This document shows positions 1 through 12,931 of a stretch of 64,000 nt of DNA, piece after piece. Made by a program: the position numbers and the translations under genes. Source of the DNA: Zygnema circumcarinatum SAG 698-1b (Eukaryota; Plantae; Zygnematophyceae); NCBI GenBank assembly GCA_037447605.1, contig CM074804.1:3449909-3513908 (forward strand), given 5' to 3'. The stretch's first letter is position 1. Each line of letters begins with the position of its first letter. The notes below the pieces were generated by a model. The model saw nothing but the letters and a program-made list of their open reading frames with translations, did not search any database and was not told the origin of the DNA.

Positions 1-1919
1 CCCAGCAAGTGATTGCAATCATTGACTGCAGTAAATGCATCATACATACTGTTTTCTAGAAGGAAAAAAAGTAGCTTTGAAGGAAGGGAATGTGCTGCTC
101 ACAGATCAATGTAAGCTGCCAGTCGGTGGTAGTCCGAAAGAAGTGGGCTTAATTCTCTCATGCTAAGGTGGTTTGGATCCACCTGAGTCAGATGCAAACG
201 TGCTGCCTCTACCGCCTTCTGCAAACATGCTGTCAACAAATGAAAAGAAACGCACGGAGCTAGAAAGCTCTCACTGACTTAAATCTGCTAAGTTGCGCAC
301 AGCATCTGGTGCTTTTCTGTTCTTACTGCGGGAGAAATCTTTCTAGTAGCGGCCTCATTCGTTTGCTGTGCTGAAAGGATGCGTAGCCCTAAATGGACGA
401 GCTCGCCATCATCCAAGCCATGCACCGAGCGCACTACCCCCGGCGCTGCAGATGGCGGTTTTTCAGAAAGCTCCATTTTTTTCCGAAGGGAAGCCATAGA
501 GCTGTCGTCTGGAATCTGTGCATGTTCCAGTTTTCGACCAGCCAATTCACCTTCATGACTTCCATGGCCATCACTCCATCAAGAATGCAATGGATCGCAA
601 CATTTGCATAGGAACTTAAAGCATCCAAATAAGGAACAATAAATCAATAAATAGAGCGTGAGTAGAGTCTTCCGTCTGACACATAGAGAACTTACAAAGT
701 TTGTCCCTATAGCTGGTTTGTGCTCCTCTTCAAGCTGAGGAGCCATAGCTGCCTTTTGCTCCGCTTCACGCTGAGCCGCCTTTTTAGCAAGAGGATCATC
801 TGCCATGGTGAAAGACCAGTTCAATTCATGCATGCAAGGCTACTAAAGAAAAAAAATCGGTGAAAATGAAAAGAGTTCAGAGTTCCGCTCCCAGGAACGT
901 AAATCAGGAGCTCAAGACAAAGACGATCAAGGAGGGGAAAGGAAGGAGGAGAAAGGAGTGGAGATTAGAATACAAACCAGGCAGTATATGGGAACCCGAA
1001 AAGAACGTATCATAGTTAGTAGGGAGGAAAGCGATGCACAAAGACGGATTCCTAGAGTTGGTTTTGAAGGCCTCCTCCTCTCTACGCCCTGAGAAAATTG
1101 CCCAGGGCTCCCATCATGCACTCACCATCGGAAACCAGCCACCAAATGTCATCAAATGTCGTCTTCCCATCGAAACCTCCCATTAGCAGCAATCGTTTAT
1201 CGACACGTGTCATTGTGTGATAAGCACGAGGAGGTGGCGGCTCGCTGCTTATCGCCAACTTCCGCCATTGGACAGTTGCTGCTCCCATTCATTCCCATCT
1301 TCCCGATAGATGTTTAGTGCCTCAGCAAAAGGTACTGGTCCAAGAAAGGTTCTATGTTCTAACTTTCATCACCGCTCTTCAAAGCAATGCAACATAGACC
1401 TCTCCCGCAGAGAAGCCGCAGCAAGCGCACCTCTATCCAGTACAACGCAGTCATTAAAGTACACGTCGTACCGAGAGATCCACCCTCCCGTACCATGGCC
1501 TCCAAAGATAACTACCTGCCCTCATGGCAAAAAAAGGTTCTCAATACGGTGAAGGGCCACCAAGAAAAAGCCCCTATTTACCGTGACCATGTCTCGTCTA
1601 CTTACAGCTCATGTGCTGCCAAAAGTAGGACTCTTCATTCAGGTTCTGGGAGAACCCATGACTTTTGCGCCTCAAAGAATAGAAATATGATTACACCCTC
1701 TGAGGACAACCTCGCCAATGCTTACCAGAGTTCCAATAGCGGAAGATGTATGGCCACAGCGGGCAGCCGGTGAGCTTCCCGGAATTTTTAAATTGGTCCA
1801 TGCAACTTCCTTTTCTGCCTTAAACCAGCCTCCAGAAACCTGCCACGAATCAGCAATTGCTCCTTTTCCCATTAAGACTACAAGTTCCTGCGAATTCTCA
1901 GACGTTATTACTATTTCCT

Positions 1920-1950
<31 letters not shown>

Positions 1951-4708
1951 AGGAAAAAGCTCGATTTATGCCCTCTCCATCAGTAGAATACCATATATGC
2001 ATACAAAATCTCGATTCTTCATTATTTGCTCCTCTGCTCCCTTCATAAGCATACGCATCAATAATAAAAGTGCATTATTGCAGGTGCCTGGCTATCGCTC
2101 ACCATCGTCAAACAGGCCCTTCAAGGCCCAGAGATCGCCCATAATTGGGCCCCCACCTCCTGCTCACCGCCAGACTTATTACATTAGTTAAATACTGAGA
2201 AAAAAGGGGAAGGAAGGGAAAGAGGGGCCTGGAGAAGGGAACGAGAAGCAGAGATTCCACCAAACGGGAAGAAGAGAAGAAAGGGAAGAAGGGGAAGTGG
2301 GAGACGAAGGGGGCTAAGAGGAGGATGGAGACCAGGTGGAAGGGGGAGGAAGGGGGAGGTTAGAAGGGAAGGAAAAGGCAGACGAAACACACTCCTACAG
2401 TTATCCCCTCCGCTGCTTGTACGCTCCTTCATCATTTCTTCTCTCTTGCCTACTGGCTTTCCTCAATGGCTCTGAAACTAGGAGACACACACTCCACAGG
2501 GAAGGTAAAGAAGGCCTTAAAGTGATAAATTTACCGCGCCCTCCCAATATGAGGAGACGCTTCTCCACCATGATCGCAGTATGCCCACATCGCGGAGCAG
2601 GTCCTCCACCATTCACGGTTAGCTGCCGCCACTCCAGTGACACTGCACACGCAGCAGAGATGCATACGTGCACTTCCATTTAATTAAGGTCAAACCAAAT
2701 TATGCACTACTATGCTAACGATAAGCGGCTTGAGTTAGTCATCTGCCAATCAGGACCCGGACCATGTTGCGCACTTGAATATAACGTGACTCCCCATCAG
2801 AAACATGCCATTTGCCTACAGCAAGCACAGTTACAGTTCTTGGCGCCTGCATAGAGATACCATGGATTCTTCCTAACGACAGTCTTGGGTGGGAGAACTC
2901 ACTTGTATCGAGGATGCAGATGTCAGACAACCACTTGGACCCATCCCATCCGCCGAATCTGCAAAATCAAATTCGACAAATAGGTAAAAACCACTGCATG
3001 AGGATTTAAAGTGAGAAGCTGAAGTGATTACTAACAGCAAATCCCCTTTGAAGTTAATCTTTCACTTAATTTATCACGATAATCGTTCATCTGTCAAAGA
3101 CTTCAGCAATTAGGCGCCCCTTTCTAGTCCTATGCGAAAGGCTTAGTTCATGCTACTGTTCTCCAACTGATTAGAGAGACACTCACAAGACAACCCGTCC
3201 ATTGCCGACTGCAGTAGAAGTCGCAAAATCACGGCCAGGTGGCTGCTCTCCATAACTTGATAGGTCTGCCCACTGCCAAGTGTCTATCCCAACCCCAAAT
3301 AGGCAGAAATCCACTACATATTATCAGCAACAAAGTTTGCGATATTATGGAAAAAAACCCACCGCCAATATCTGAAAAGAGACACCCGGCTCGCAACTTG
3401 CCTGTGTCCAGCATCCAGAAATCTCCAAGCCTGCAAATTCCAAACAAACCGTCCATCGTTTTAGCATGAGAGTTCCCCCCATTAAATTGCATCTGCAACT
3501 TCAGCCAGGACGAATCCAGACAGTAGACTTCTTGATGCAGCTGGAAGCAACTTCAGCCCCCTTCCACCTTTGGCTAAATCCCAACCCATAAAAATGGCAA
3601 ATCTATCTTTTGCTTTGCCAAGTAATTCAAATATAAACTAAACTAAACATTAAACTAAATATCTCAGTCGTCATGGTGCTTCTGCGTACCGTTTCTTCCC
3701 GCTCCTGCCCCCAAAGAGAAGCATATGGCAGTCGACAGCCACTGCTGTGTGAAAGGCTCGAGGGCCGGGCCCTACTATGCCGTCCTTCACGCTGCCCGAG
3801 CATTGCGGTCGATACCAAAGATTGTTTGCTGATTGCCCAGCATTCTACCAATGAATGGTCAGGACTGATTGCCTGTGGCTGCAGAAAGTTTCCCTCCCTG
3901 CCCAACTGAGCTCCTTTCAACACCATTATCTTCGCAATAAGCACAGAGTGCTGTACTGAGTAGGTCCCTATTTTCAGCGTTACTTTTTCTACTATCTGTT
4001 CGGCTCAATCCAAGTACCTTATTGACACCGTTAAGAAAATAAGTTGCATTAGACAATGTGGCGCGACGACAGGGTTGGCCGAATCAGTTGCATTTGAAAC
4101 TAATCCAAATGAGTTAAGAACAGCAAAAAATGTGTCACGAAAAAACTAGCGGCCACGCAATTAGCATTGCATTAAGGCACCACGTTGATAGGAGTGCACA
4201 CTGCCTTTAACTTAAATCCCATATGTTGCTTCCCTTTCATAACGACCTCCAGCAAAAATTCCCTTGCAAATGTCAACTCTCCAAGCAAACGGTCCACGTG
4301 TACAAACCCTAATCTGATGTTCTCTGCATAGTCCATAAAGTTTCTCTCAACATCCCAACTCGCTCCCCTCCCATCGCCAACAAACTCGACTCGCTCCCCT
4401 CCCTCCCCGTCCCTCCCCCCACCCTCTTCCTCCTACCCTTCTTCCCTCTCTCGAGTAAAGAAGCAGAGAGCTACCTCACCTGCATCCAGCACGATGATGT
4501 CATCAAGAAACACTTTGTCCCGCAGGCCCCCGAAAACCACGAGCTTTCCTGCACTCGTCACTACTGCTGTGTGGCCGCTGCGCGGGCCAGGCAGCTCCCC
4601 TGAAAAGTCTCCTGCTCGGGCCCGCACCCACCGCATGCTCGCCTGCGCGCCCCCGCCTGAAGAGTCGGCGGAGCGCCCTCCAACAAGGCCGGAGAGGAGC
4701 CCCTCCAT
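1..4708 (-). CDS. Kelch/galactose-oxidase-repeat protein (At2g36360-like), multi-exon; 3' end runs beyond the left edge
   Basis: ATG at 4708. Exons read [44 protein letters not shown] / [10 protein letters not shown] / [21 protein letters not shown] / [35 protein letters not shown] / [18 protein letters not shown] / [35 protein letters not shown], which are kelch blades with GG and W motifs. The last visible exon (103-~235) encodes [12 protein letters not shown] and is followed by a GT donor. Confidence 0.9.
1922..1950. repeat. (CTG)9 microsatellite, intronic
   Basis: Direct read: ctgctgctg...ctgct. Confidence 0.9.
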
Positions 4709-5174
4709 GGCTCCCTCCTACTCCCTCTCTCCCTCTCTCTCTCCCTTTCCTTAGGGGGAGGGCTCCCTCTCTTCAACGTCCCTCGCTCTCCTGAAAGGTG
4801 TCCCCTTCCTGAATAGGGATGGTCGCACGAGAGAAAATAAAATCCTAGTTTTTGTAAATAGGGGATTACTATTGACACACCTTATTGTAAAGATACACAC
4901 CTTAAAAAAACCCCAAAAACCATAATAACCCTCCAAAAAAATCTGATCGGCAAAAAACGGTGTGTATCTAGACAAAAAGATGTGTAATTAGCATTTTCCT
5001 TACAGTTACAGTACCGTAAAACCGAACAGGCTGAGAAATTGCTAAGCGAATTTACGTAATTTCTCAATTCTCACCCCCAGAGAATTGACATTGAACTTGG
5101 ACTTCAAACACGCCAGGTCGAAAACAAAAAAGTTCAGAGGGGAGCAGGGAAGTCGGGGAGGGAGGGAGGCAGCC

Positions 5175-8100
5175 ATGGCGGTCGCCGTGCGGCAGTTCTC
5201 CGCCTCGCGCCCCGAGGTCCTGCTCTACACTCTCGCGCGGGGCGGGCTGGAGGCGTCCGTGTGCAGCCTCGGAGCCACGCTCACGCGCCTGCTGGTGCCG
5301 GACGCCAAGGGAGAGCGGGCGGACATTGTGTTAGGCTTTGACGATTTGGAGCCATACACGGTGAGCTTTCATGCTCTGATGACTCGCAATGCGCCATCTT
5401 ATTCGTATGTTATTCGTTCGCCTTTGCATTCTCATCTTCAGTCTCCCTTTGCTTTCTACTTCTCCCCTTCAACGTCTGCTCTTGAATCTTGTGTCCACGC
5501 TACTCTTCCCTTCGTCCCCTTGTTCCTGAAATCCCCGTCTTTCACCTTTCTCGCTTTTTTTTTTTTTCATTCGCTCGTCCCTCTCTTCTCCACACTTCTC
5601 GCCTTTTTTTGCTCTTTTGTCCTCTCACTCCTCATCTTTTACTTGTCCCTACATTTTCCATACTATTTTTCCTCCTTCTATTTTTCCTCTTCATATTCCC
5701 TCCGTCTTTTTTTCATTCTCCTCTTTGCCTTTCTGCATCCCACTCTCCTCTCCACTATTTCTCCTCGCTGCTTCTTTTCTCTATGTTCCTCTTTTCGCTC
5801 TTTCCCCTCTTCCCGCTTCCTTTCCCCTCTCCTCGTCTGGCGTGTCCCTTCCCTCCTCTCCTCCGCGTCCTTGCTGGTGTGACTCGTCAACAATTCTAGT
5901 TTTGGCTTCATTATTCCTCACAAAATTTCCAAGATATTCTTGCAATGCCTGGCCCCCATCAATCTGGCTATGGACCAATCTGTTGCACCAATAAGTCGGT
6001 GAAAGTGCCGTACCTGACATGTTAATAGCTCTTGGAAGTAATAAAGTTAGTCAGTTTCAGTAACAAGCGCTGATGGGGAATGGCAGGGGATGCATGGGCC
6101 CAGGACGGCACTTCTCCGTATTTCGGTTGTGTGGTTGGTCGAGTGGCTAATCGCATTGCAGGAGCTGCGTTTACGTTGGATGGCAAGCACTACTCTTTGC
6201 CGGCAAATGATGGCGCCAACACTCTCCATGGTGAGCTCCTCCCTTGCGGGCAAAGTTCAGGGCTGGATACATGGCAACATGGTCTTATGGTCTTGCTTCA
6301 AGTCTCTGCACTGAAGATTATGAAGGCGTCGCTGCAGCAAGATATCTTGTCATGTGAAATTCTGACCCTTGTATCCTGAAGGTGCTAGGCAGAAGATATG
6401 GTATCCTTTTAAAAGAAGGTTCTGCGACCATACTTCAAAGTAGAAATTAAAAAACTAAAGCGAAGCCCAGGCCGGTTTGGTTGTTCCGGTGTTAAGGTTA
6501 GGACGCTCGCTACCGCTTGACGTGTAGCATTATTGAAGGGGGGCCGAGGGCACTTTTGTGACATGTGAGCAGTCTGCTGTTTGTGAACAGGAGGGAAGGT
6601 GGGTTTTGACAAGGTGGTATGGGAATCCGAGAAGGTAGACTCTGTGGAAGGGCCAGCTGTCCGATTCACACACCGCAGTCCTGATGGAGACCAAGGTAAG
6701 CTCTCCGAATGATGAGGCCTCGGTTATAAACTAGCAGGAATTTTATGAATTTCAGGATAATGATAATGTTATGTGTTGCTTTTGTTACATTCTGTTAAGA
6801 GATCGACGGCATTCAAACAGCCAACACTGAAATTGGAGCTGCAAATGGTGCAGGTTTCCCGGGGGAGTTGGAAGTTACTGTGATGTACACGCTGAGTGGT
6901 GACAATGAGCTGCGGACTGTCATGGAGGCGCGCGCGCTTTCAGTAGCAACTCCTGTTAATCTCGCCCACCATTCGTAAGCTCGACCTGCTCATCTCCAAG
7001 AAGGCTTGCTCCCTATCCTTCTATTGATGCACTGGAGAAATTATTGAATTATAAGATGAGATAGGAACAGATTAATCCTTCTTGACGATTTGAGAGATGC
7101 TAGTTCTCTATGATTGTACAAGTTATGGAGGGAAGCTCGAGGAGTTTTGGACGGAGTATAGAGTAAGAACGCGGGAGAAAAGGAGCCTCAGCCATTGGAA
7201 CCAGCTGCTTCTACTTTGCTACCTTTTTCTCCCAGCATTGGTTTTCTCGATGTTTTACAGTGACTCTTTATCTACTGGATTACAAGTCTCTGTAAGGAAT
7301 TAGTAGTGCATCTTTTCTGTTTACTATGGTGAGCTATGTTCACTGGTTTGCAGTGCTCCGCTTGGTACAGCTATTGGAATTTGGGTGGCCACAGCAGTGG
7401 TAGCGTAGCTAACCAGCTGCTTCGCATTTCAGCTTCCCACTACACACCAGTGGATGCCAATTTGATCCCTACAGGCGAAATAGCCTCAGTGAGCTCCTCT
7501 ATTCCTGCATGCTTGCTTGTGGCAATGGACTAAAGGGCATCATTTTTACTTCCGCAGCTAATCATTCGTCTGTCCATAGTTATGCATAATCGTCAATGTA
7601 ATGCAGCAGGATTGTAAACTTTCTCTTTTTTTGTCGAGTCGATGTTTAGGGAGGAACATACTTTCTGCACAAACATCCTCAGCAGCCAAAGCACCGTTAA
7701 ACACTCAGCAAAGGGAGTGTGAATGAAATTTAGTGATGTGGGTCAAGGTGGCAGTCTGAAGTACAAACCTCGGCTAGGGCAAATAGATTGGATTATGCAT
7801 TTACTCTTTTCCTGTGCGATTATTTGAGCTCTGCGTGGACTTCCTTTTTTGTTGTGAAAGTTTCACCATGTCTTGCTTACAGCTAACCTGCCGTCAGTGA
7901 CAGCTATCCAAACTGAGAAGTTATTGCATGAGTATGGTGTAAAGTTCCAAGCCCGTGCCTGTCATCATGCGCAGGTAGAAGCCACTCCCTTTGACTTCAC
8001 AGAAGAGACTGCTATTGGAAAGCACATAGAGGAGGTGCCGGGAGGGTATGATCACAACTATGTGTTGGATGATGTTGCACCTTCTCAAGCAGCAGATATG

Positions 8101-9406
8101 CAAGCCAAAGGTCCCTTGAAGATTGCGGCACAGGCGAAAGATCCAAGCAGCGGCCGCGTCATGACGCTTTTCACCAATGCGAGCGGCATGCAGTTCTACT
8201 CGGGAAACTTTCTCGATGGCACTTTTCGAGGTCGGTTGTCGCTTCCTGTAGGAACCTGCTCTTGATGCTGAGGATAAGGCGTTGCATTCCTCTTGGGTCT
8301 GATCGATACTCTCATTTAACAATGCAGTATCATCATGGCTGGAGATGGACTTTGCTGCTGGCAATCTCGAGCCCCCCCCTTTATCTGTAATTGCATGGTG
8401 TGGCTTCCTGCTGAAAAGCAAGTGCTTCAACACGAATGTTTCATCTTTAACTCCCTCCTCGCAATTCTGCAGCTCATCAGCTTTGCCCGCAGAGGGCCTG
8501 ACAGCGGACGCTTGGCTCTTGGGCTGCGTGCAGGCAAGGAGGGTGCTACATATCCAAAGCATTCAGCTTTCTGCCTTGAGACTCAGGTGCAGTGGCTTCT
8601 TCTCCAGTTCCAATTGCATGGTTCACTGGCAGCAGATTTAGCCCTCCAGAAGGAATTTTCTGGTTATGACATGTTGCTACAGGATCTTAGTGGAAGCAGG
8701 CATCGTTGAAACTAATGCCTGAGTCAAAGCTCTTTCAATTCTGAACCTTTGGAGCGGGAAGGGATGGCTGTGTGGATGCAGGCCTTTCCAAATGCGGTAA
8801 CGAGGCACTTCTCCATGCCGTAACGCAGGGCATGGACTGATACATGTCTATGGATCTCAGGATGCATTTAACTGCTGGATTGTCTAGTAAATGGGTGTGA
8901 TTGCATGTGAGCCCTGTTCTATTCTTACATAGATTGCTCAAAGTTACTGTTTATGTCATGAACGCGATGGCATCCTCTAAAAGCTTTTGGGACAATTAAA
9001 TTGCTCACACATCGTTGTAGGGAGCAATTTTTTTTTTTCAGCTCATTTGTTTCTGCATTTATAAGCTTAGAAATTGCCGTTAAGTAATAGTAAGTGCAGC
9101 TAAAAGTCCATTGTAGAAAGTTTGCCACATCCGCTAACCTCCTTTAGGGCTATTCTACATGCTGCAGGTGAATGAGCCCAAGTTCCCCTCAGTGGTGCTT
9201 CGACCGGGAGAAGTGTATTCGCATGTCATGGTTCACAGGTGGGTGAAGCGATTTTGCCTGCATCTGAAATCGTTTCAATCGATCTGTGCTCCTTGTCCTC
9301 CTCTTCAGTGGAAAGCAGCTTCTGTGTGTACTGTCTGTGATTTGTCACCTTGTTTGCTTTAATTTGTTTTTTGTTCTGTGTCAGGTTTTCCACATGTGTA
9401 CCGTAA
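5175..9406 (+). CDS. GALM: Aldose 1-epimerase (galactose mutarotase), about 11 exons
   Basis: gcagccATGG start. Motifs [121 protein letters not shown]. Stop TAA at 9404-9406. GT-AG junctions are in phase. Confidence 0.95.
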
Positions 9407-9994
9407 TTGACGTCGTTCCTTTGTCGGGAGAACATATCGGACATATTAGCTGTTGAGCCGTGTAAACTGTCAGCAGATGATTTGCCCTTTCTGGAGATTA
9501 GGCAGGCGCTCTGTCAGAGTTAGTATTCCAGTTTTGCAGTTCACTGAGAACAGGAATTTTTTATCTGGGGGTGAAAGGGTCGAGGAGGACGTGCCCCACA
9601 TTGGCGGCCTTCGCAGCTGCTTGGATAGCTGTGTCGTTAGTCATACACCCAGAGTTCCACGCATAGCCTTTCTTTCGTGCATAGGTCAATTGTAAGCAAT
9701 TGACATAGGTACCATGTTTTGTCTTTGTTCATGTTACATTTGATGGCTTCCCATCCTGAGACCAATTCTAGTTCACCTCGCACTCGTACATAGGGCGTTT
9801 CCCTCAAAGGTGACTGGTGTAACGTATGATGAACGGGTGAGAATCTACATTCCCCTATCTTTGTGTTCCCAGTTGTGTAAGTCATGCAAATGCAGATTAC
9901 TGGGGATTGTTTCAACTTGTGATAATCTTTGTTTTTTTCTTTTGAAGCATTTTTCATGGAAGATAAAAGCCTTTACAAGGCACCCAATTGGACC

Positions 9995-12839
9995 TCAAGT
10001 TCTTTCACTGTCTGATTCGCTTCCGTGATTGCTTGTGTCACTTTCATGGCTGCTCATGTCACTCCCGCTGCCCTCGGGACAGTCTATGTCAAGCTCCTCG
10101 TCGGAGTCGGCCACATTCTCAAAATCATAATATGCCTTCGCCTGTTTTCACCCACCCTCCCCAAAAAATATTCCCTCAATTAGTACCTACACATTGTCTG
10201 GCATGAGAAGGCCTTCAGTGGAGGGAGAAAACACTCCTCTCTCTTTCTACCTCTCTCCTCTCTCTCACTCTCGCTCTCACCTCAGGGCGTGGCAGGACAG
10301 CCTCAAAGCATGTGAACTCGGGAGTGCTGAAATCAGGCGGGCGCAGAACTATGTACGCTGCCTTGTTGTTGTAGCGCTGCTTTCTTGCCTGCACAGGATC
10401 AGCCAAGGGTCGCCAATCACCACTGGCAGAAAAGGAAGCACAGGGTTACCCTCTTTTTCCAGATGTTGCCTCCCTTAAGAAGCACCTGTTAAAGGCACAA
10501 TCCAATGCCAGGTTTATCATTTCATCTTTTCAGAGCTTGAAGGAGCAAACGTACTGAGGCTATGTTCAGCGGGTTGGTCTGGGGCATACCTGGAACTGCG
10601 GGTAGTCAGGGGCACTGAACAGAGTTATGAGGCGTCCTGCCGGTACATCGTGGTCAATCGTGTAGCCATGTGCCATTGGAGCCATTTCTGGTCGCTTTTC
10701 ACGTGCATCTGGGCCTTCATGAGAGCGGACGATGAGCTGCAGAAGCGAAGAAAAAAGTTGACAGCCAGATCAAAAGCCGACACAATGAACCAGCAGGTCA
10801 TTTAATGAATGATCGGAGATCTGGCACTCAGTGAACCAGCCACGTCAATTGATGAATAAAAGGAGGTCTGTGACTTTAATGGAGATCGTCAATAGATGAC
10901 TGAGAAATGGTCGGAATGAAACTGAAAGCGGCCTGGGTTATTTCTCAGACTGAGCCTCCACTCAAGGAGGTGGCACGCTCTTTCAGCAGATACTTCCTAG
11001 CCTGCTACGACTACTTTCCCATAAACATCCCTCTACCTCCATGCACTTCTATACCTTCTCATTCAGCCAAATGGTCAATCAAAAGACTCTGCATGCTAAA
11101 ACTCAGACTTAAAACTTTTCCTCCTTCACTTCTGCAACGAACCAGATTCCCTGCGAATGCAGAGCAGCTTTGGCAACCAAAGAAATGAGAGGGGAGGGTT
11201 TGGCGTACGAACCTTAAGGTCGTTAGCCACCAAAAACTCCTGCGTGCAGTCGGGCCCAAACACCAAACCAATGCCCCGCCCTTTGTTGGGTGCCAAACCC
11301 GGGCATGGCTCAGGACATGGGTCTGACCACAGGATGTCTGCAGGGACGGCTGTCAGCCCTGTGCCTGTCGGGTCGAGAACTGTCCTTCGCACATGCGCAA
11401 GGTCATGAAGGTCTCCCAGCTGGAGGACAGGAGGCTCTTTCTTCCTTCTCGCTCCTTTACCCCCTTTACCCCTTTTGCCTCCTTTACCGCCTTTGTCCCC
11501 TTTGTCCCATTTGTCTCCTTTGCCTTCGCCTCCCTTCTGTGTCGGCTTTCGAAAAAGGCCGCCATGGCATACATAGACAGAGCCAGCAATTACTGCTGCG
11601 AGGGGGTGGGACTCGAAGCAGGCAAGGAACCAACGGAACACATGGCGGGCATCGGAGGCAAACTTTACTTTTACTTCCTGCTCAAAGCCGTAGTTGCTAA
11701 CACAGAATTTAGTTTCATGATTACCCCGCAGCAAGAATAGACGGTCGGGCAGAAAAATCTGCACAGAGGTAATTCAAGGCATTCAACCCAAATTAGTATC
11801 TGAAAAAAACCAAAATGCAGCGAAGCAATTTTGGAGGTCTTTCTCATGTGCCAAAACGAACGTACACGCTGATGTAATTGCTCCGATTGGTAAAGCAGTT
11901 GCATAGTTATTAGTGCGGCAGAATTGAACCACTTTAATTGCTTCAAGGACTACCTGCTTGATAGAATTCATCTATCACAAGTCCAAAGAATTTATTTCAT
12001 CAAAGATTCTGGGAGCTTCAGACAGAGCAATAAGCCAAACTAGTCGAAAGCGATCAGGTCTTTTAATCCGAATTTAAGTGATTTAGTGAGTGAATTAATG
12101 CAATTTTCAAACGAGAGGATTATTTTGAATGCAAAACTTAAAAGTGCAAGCGAAAGGAGTGTTCCCGACGAGTGAGAGCATCTACAAGGGTCTTAAGAGT
12201 GGTACTCAGAAAAGGAGTTGCACGCTAGACTGAAGCAGTAATGAAGCAAATGGAACTGGAAGCAAAAATATTGAGATAACCCTCCTTGAAGTTCCAAGGG
12301 TTCGATGAACAACTCTCCTTGAATCCCCCGGCGTACCACAAAACAACTCCCATAAATCACCCGGGGTGTGATAAAGGAACCAGACAATCCTCCAACCAAA
12401 CCCGCCACCAATGCGGAATTCAACATCCTCTTTCCCACCTGCTCCAAGTACTCACCTTCCAAGCGAGCAGATAGAGATAAGTCTCCACCCCCCAGGCCCC
12501 CCGGTCCACATAGTCTCCATTGAAGACAAAGAAGGAGGAGCGGTTCGGGAGGCCTGCAAGGTCGAAGAGGCGCAGGGCGTCGTGCAGCTGCCCGTGCAGG
12601 TCTCCCACGATGGTCACAGAGGCGTCCTGCACGTCCTGCGGCCGCACCTCCACCATGGTGGCCTCGCCATGCAGGACGCGGTGCGCTGCTCGCAGGAGGG
12701 AGCTCACGGTGCTCACAGGAAGCGCCTGCGGCAGCCATGGCGGAGGCTCCCTGGAAGCGCTCTCCAAGACGCCGCGCAGCTCCAACAGCCACGCCTCCGA
12801 GAGCTCGCCGTCGCCGGGCCACTGCAGGCCCTCCGACAT
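9995..12839 (-). CDS. PP7: Serine/threonine protein phosphatase 7 (PPP family, plant PP7), 5 exons
   Basis: PPP motifs GDLHGQ, GDYVDRG, RGNHE, HGGLF, DILWSDP, RSHEGPDAR, TLFSAPDYPQFQ; plant-PP7-type C-terminus AYYDFENVADSDEE. Exons 12839-12456, ~11757-11212, ~10737-10591, ~10392-10279, ~10141-9995. Confidence 0.93.
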
Positions 12840-12931
12840 CCCACTCTCCCCTCCCTCTCGTCTCCCCCTCTCTTTCTCTCTCTCTCTAGTAATAATAATA
12901 TATCTCCTCTCCTCTGTTCTTGGAGGGCAGA

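Noticed and set aside
4891-4969. 11-bp perfect inverted repeat agatacacacc/ggtgtgtatct in the kelch-GALM intergenic region
   Set aside because: Too short and isolated to call a MITE without genome-wide copies.
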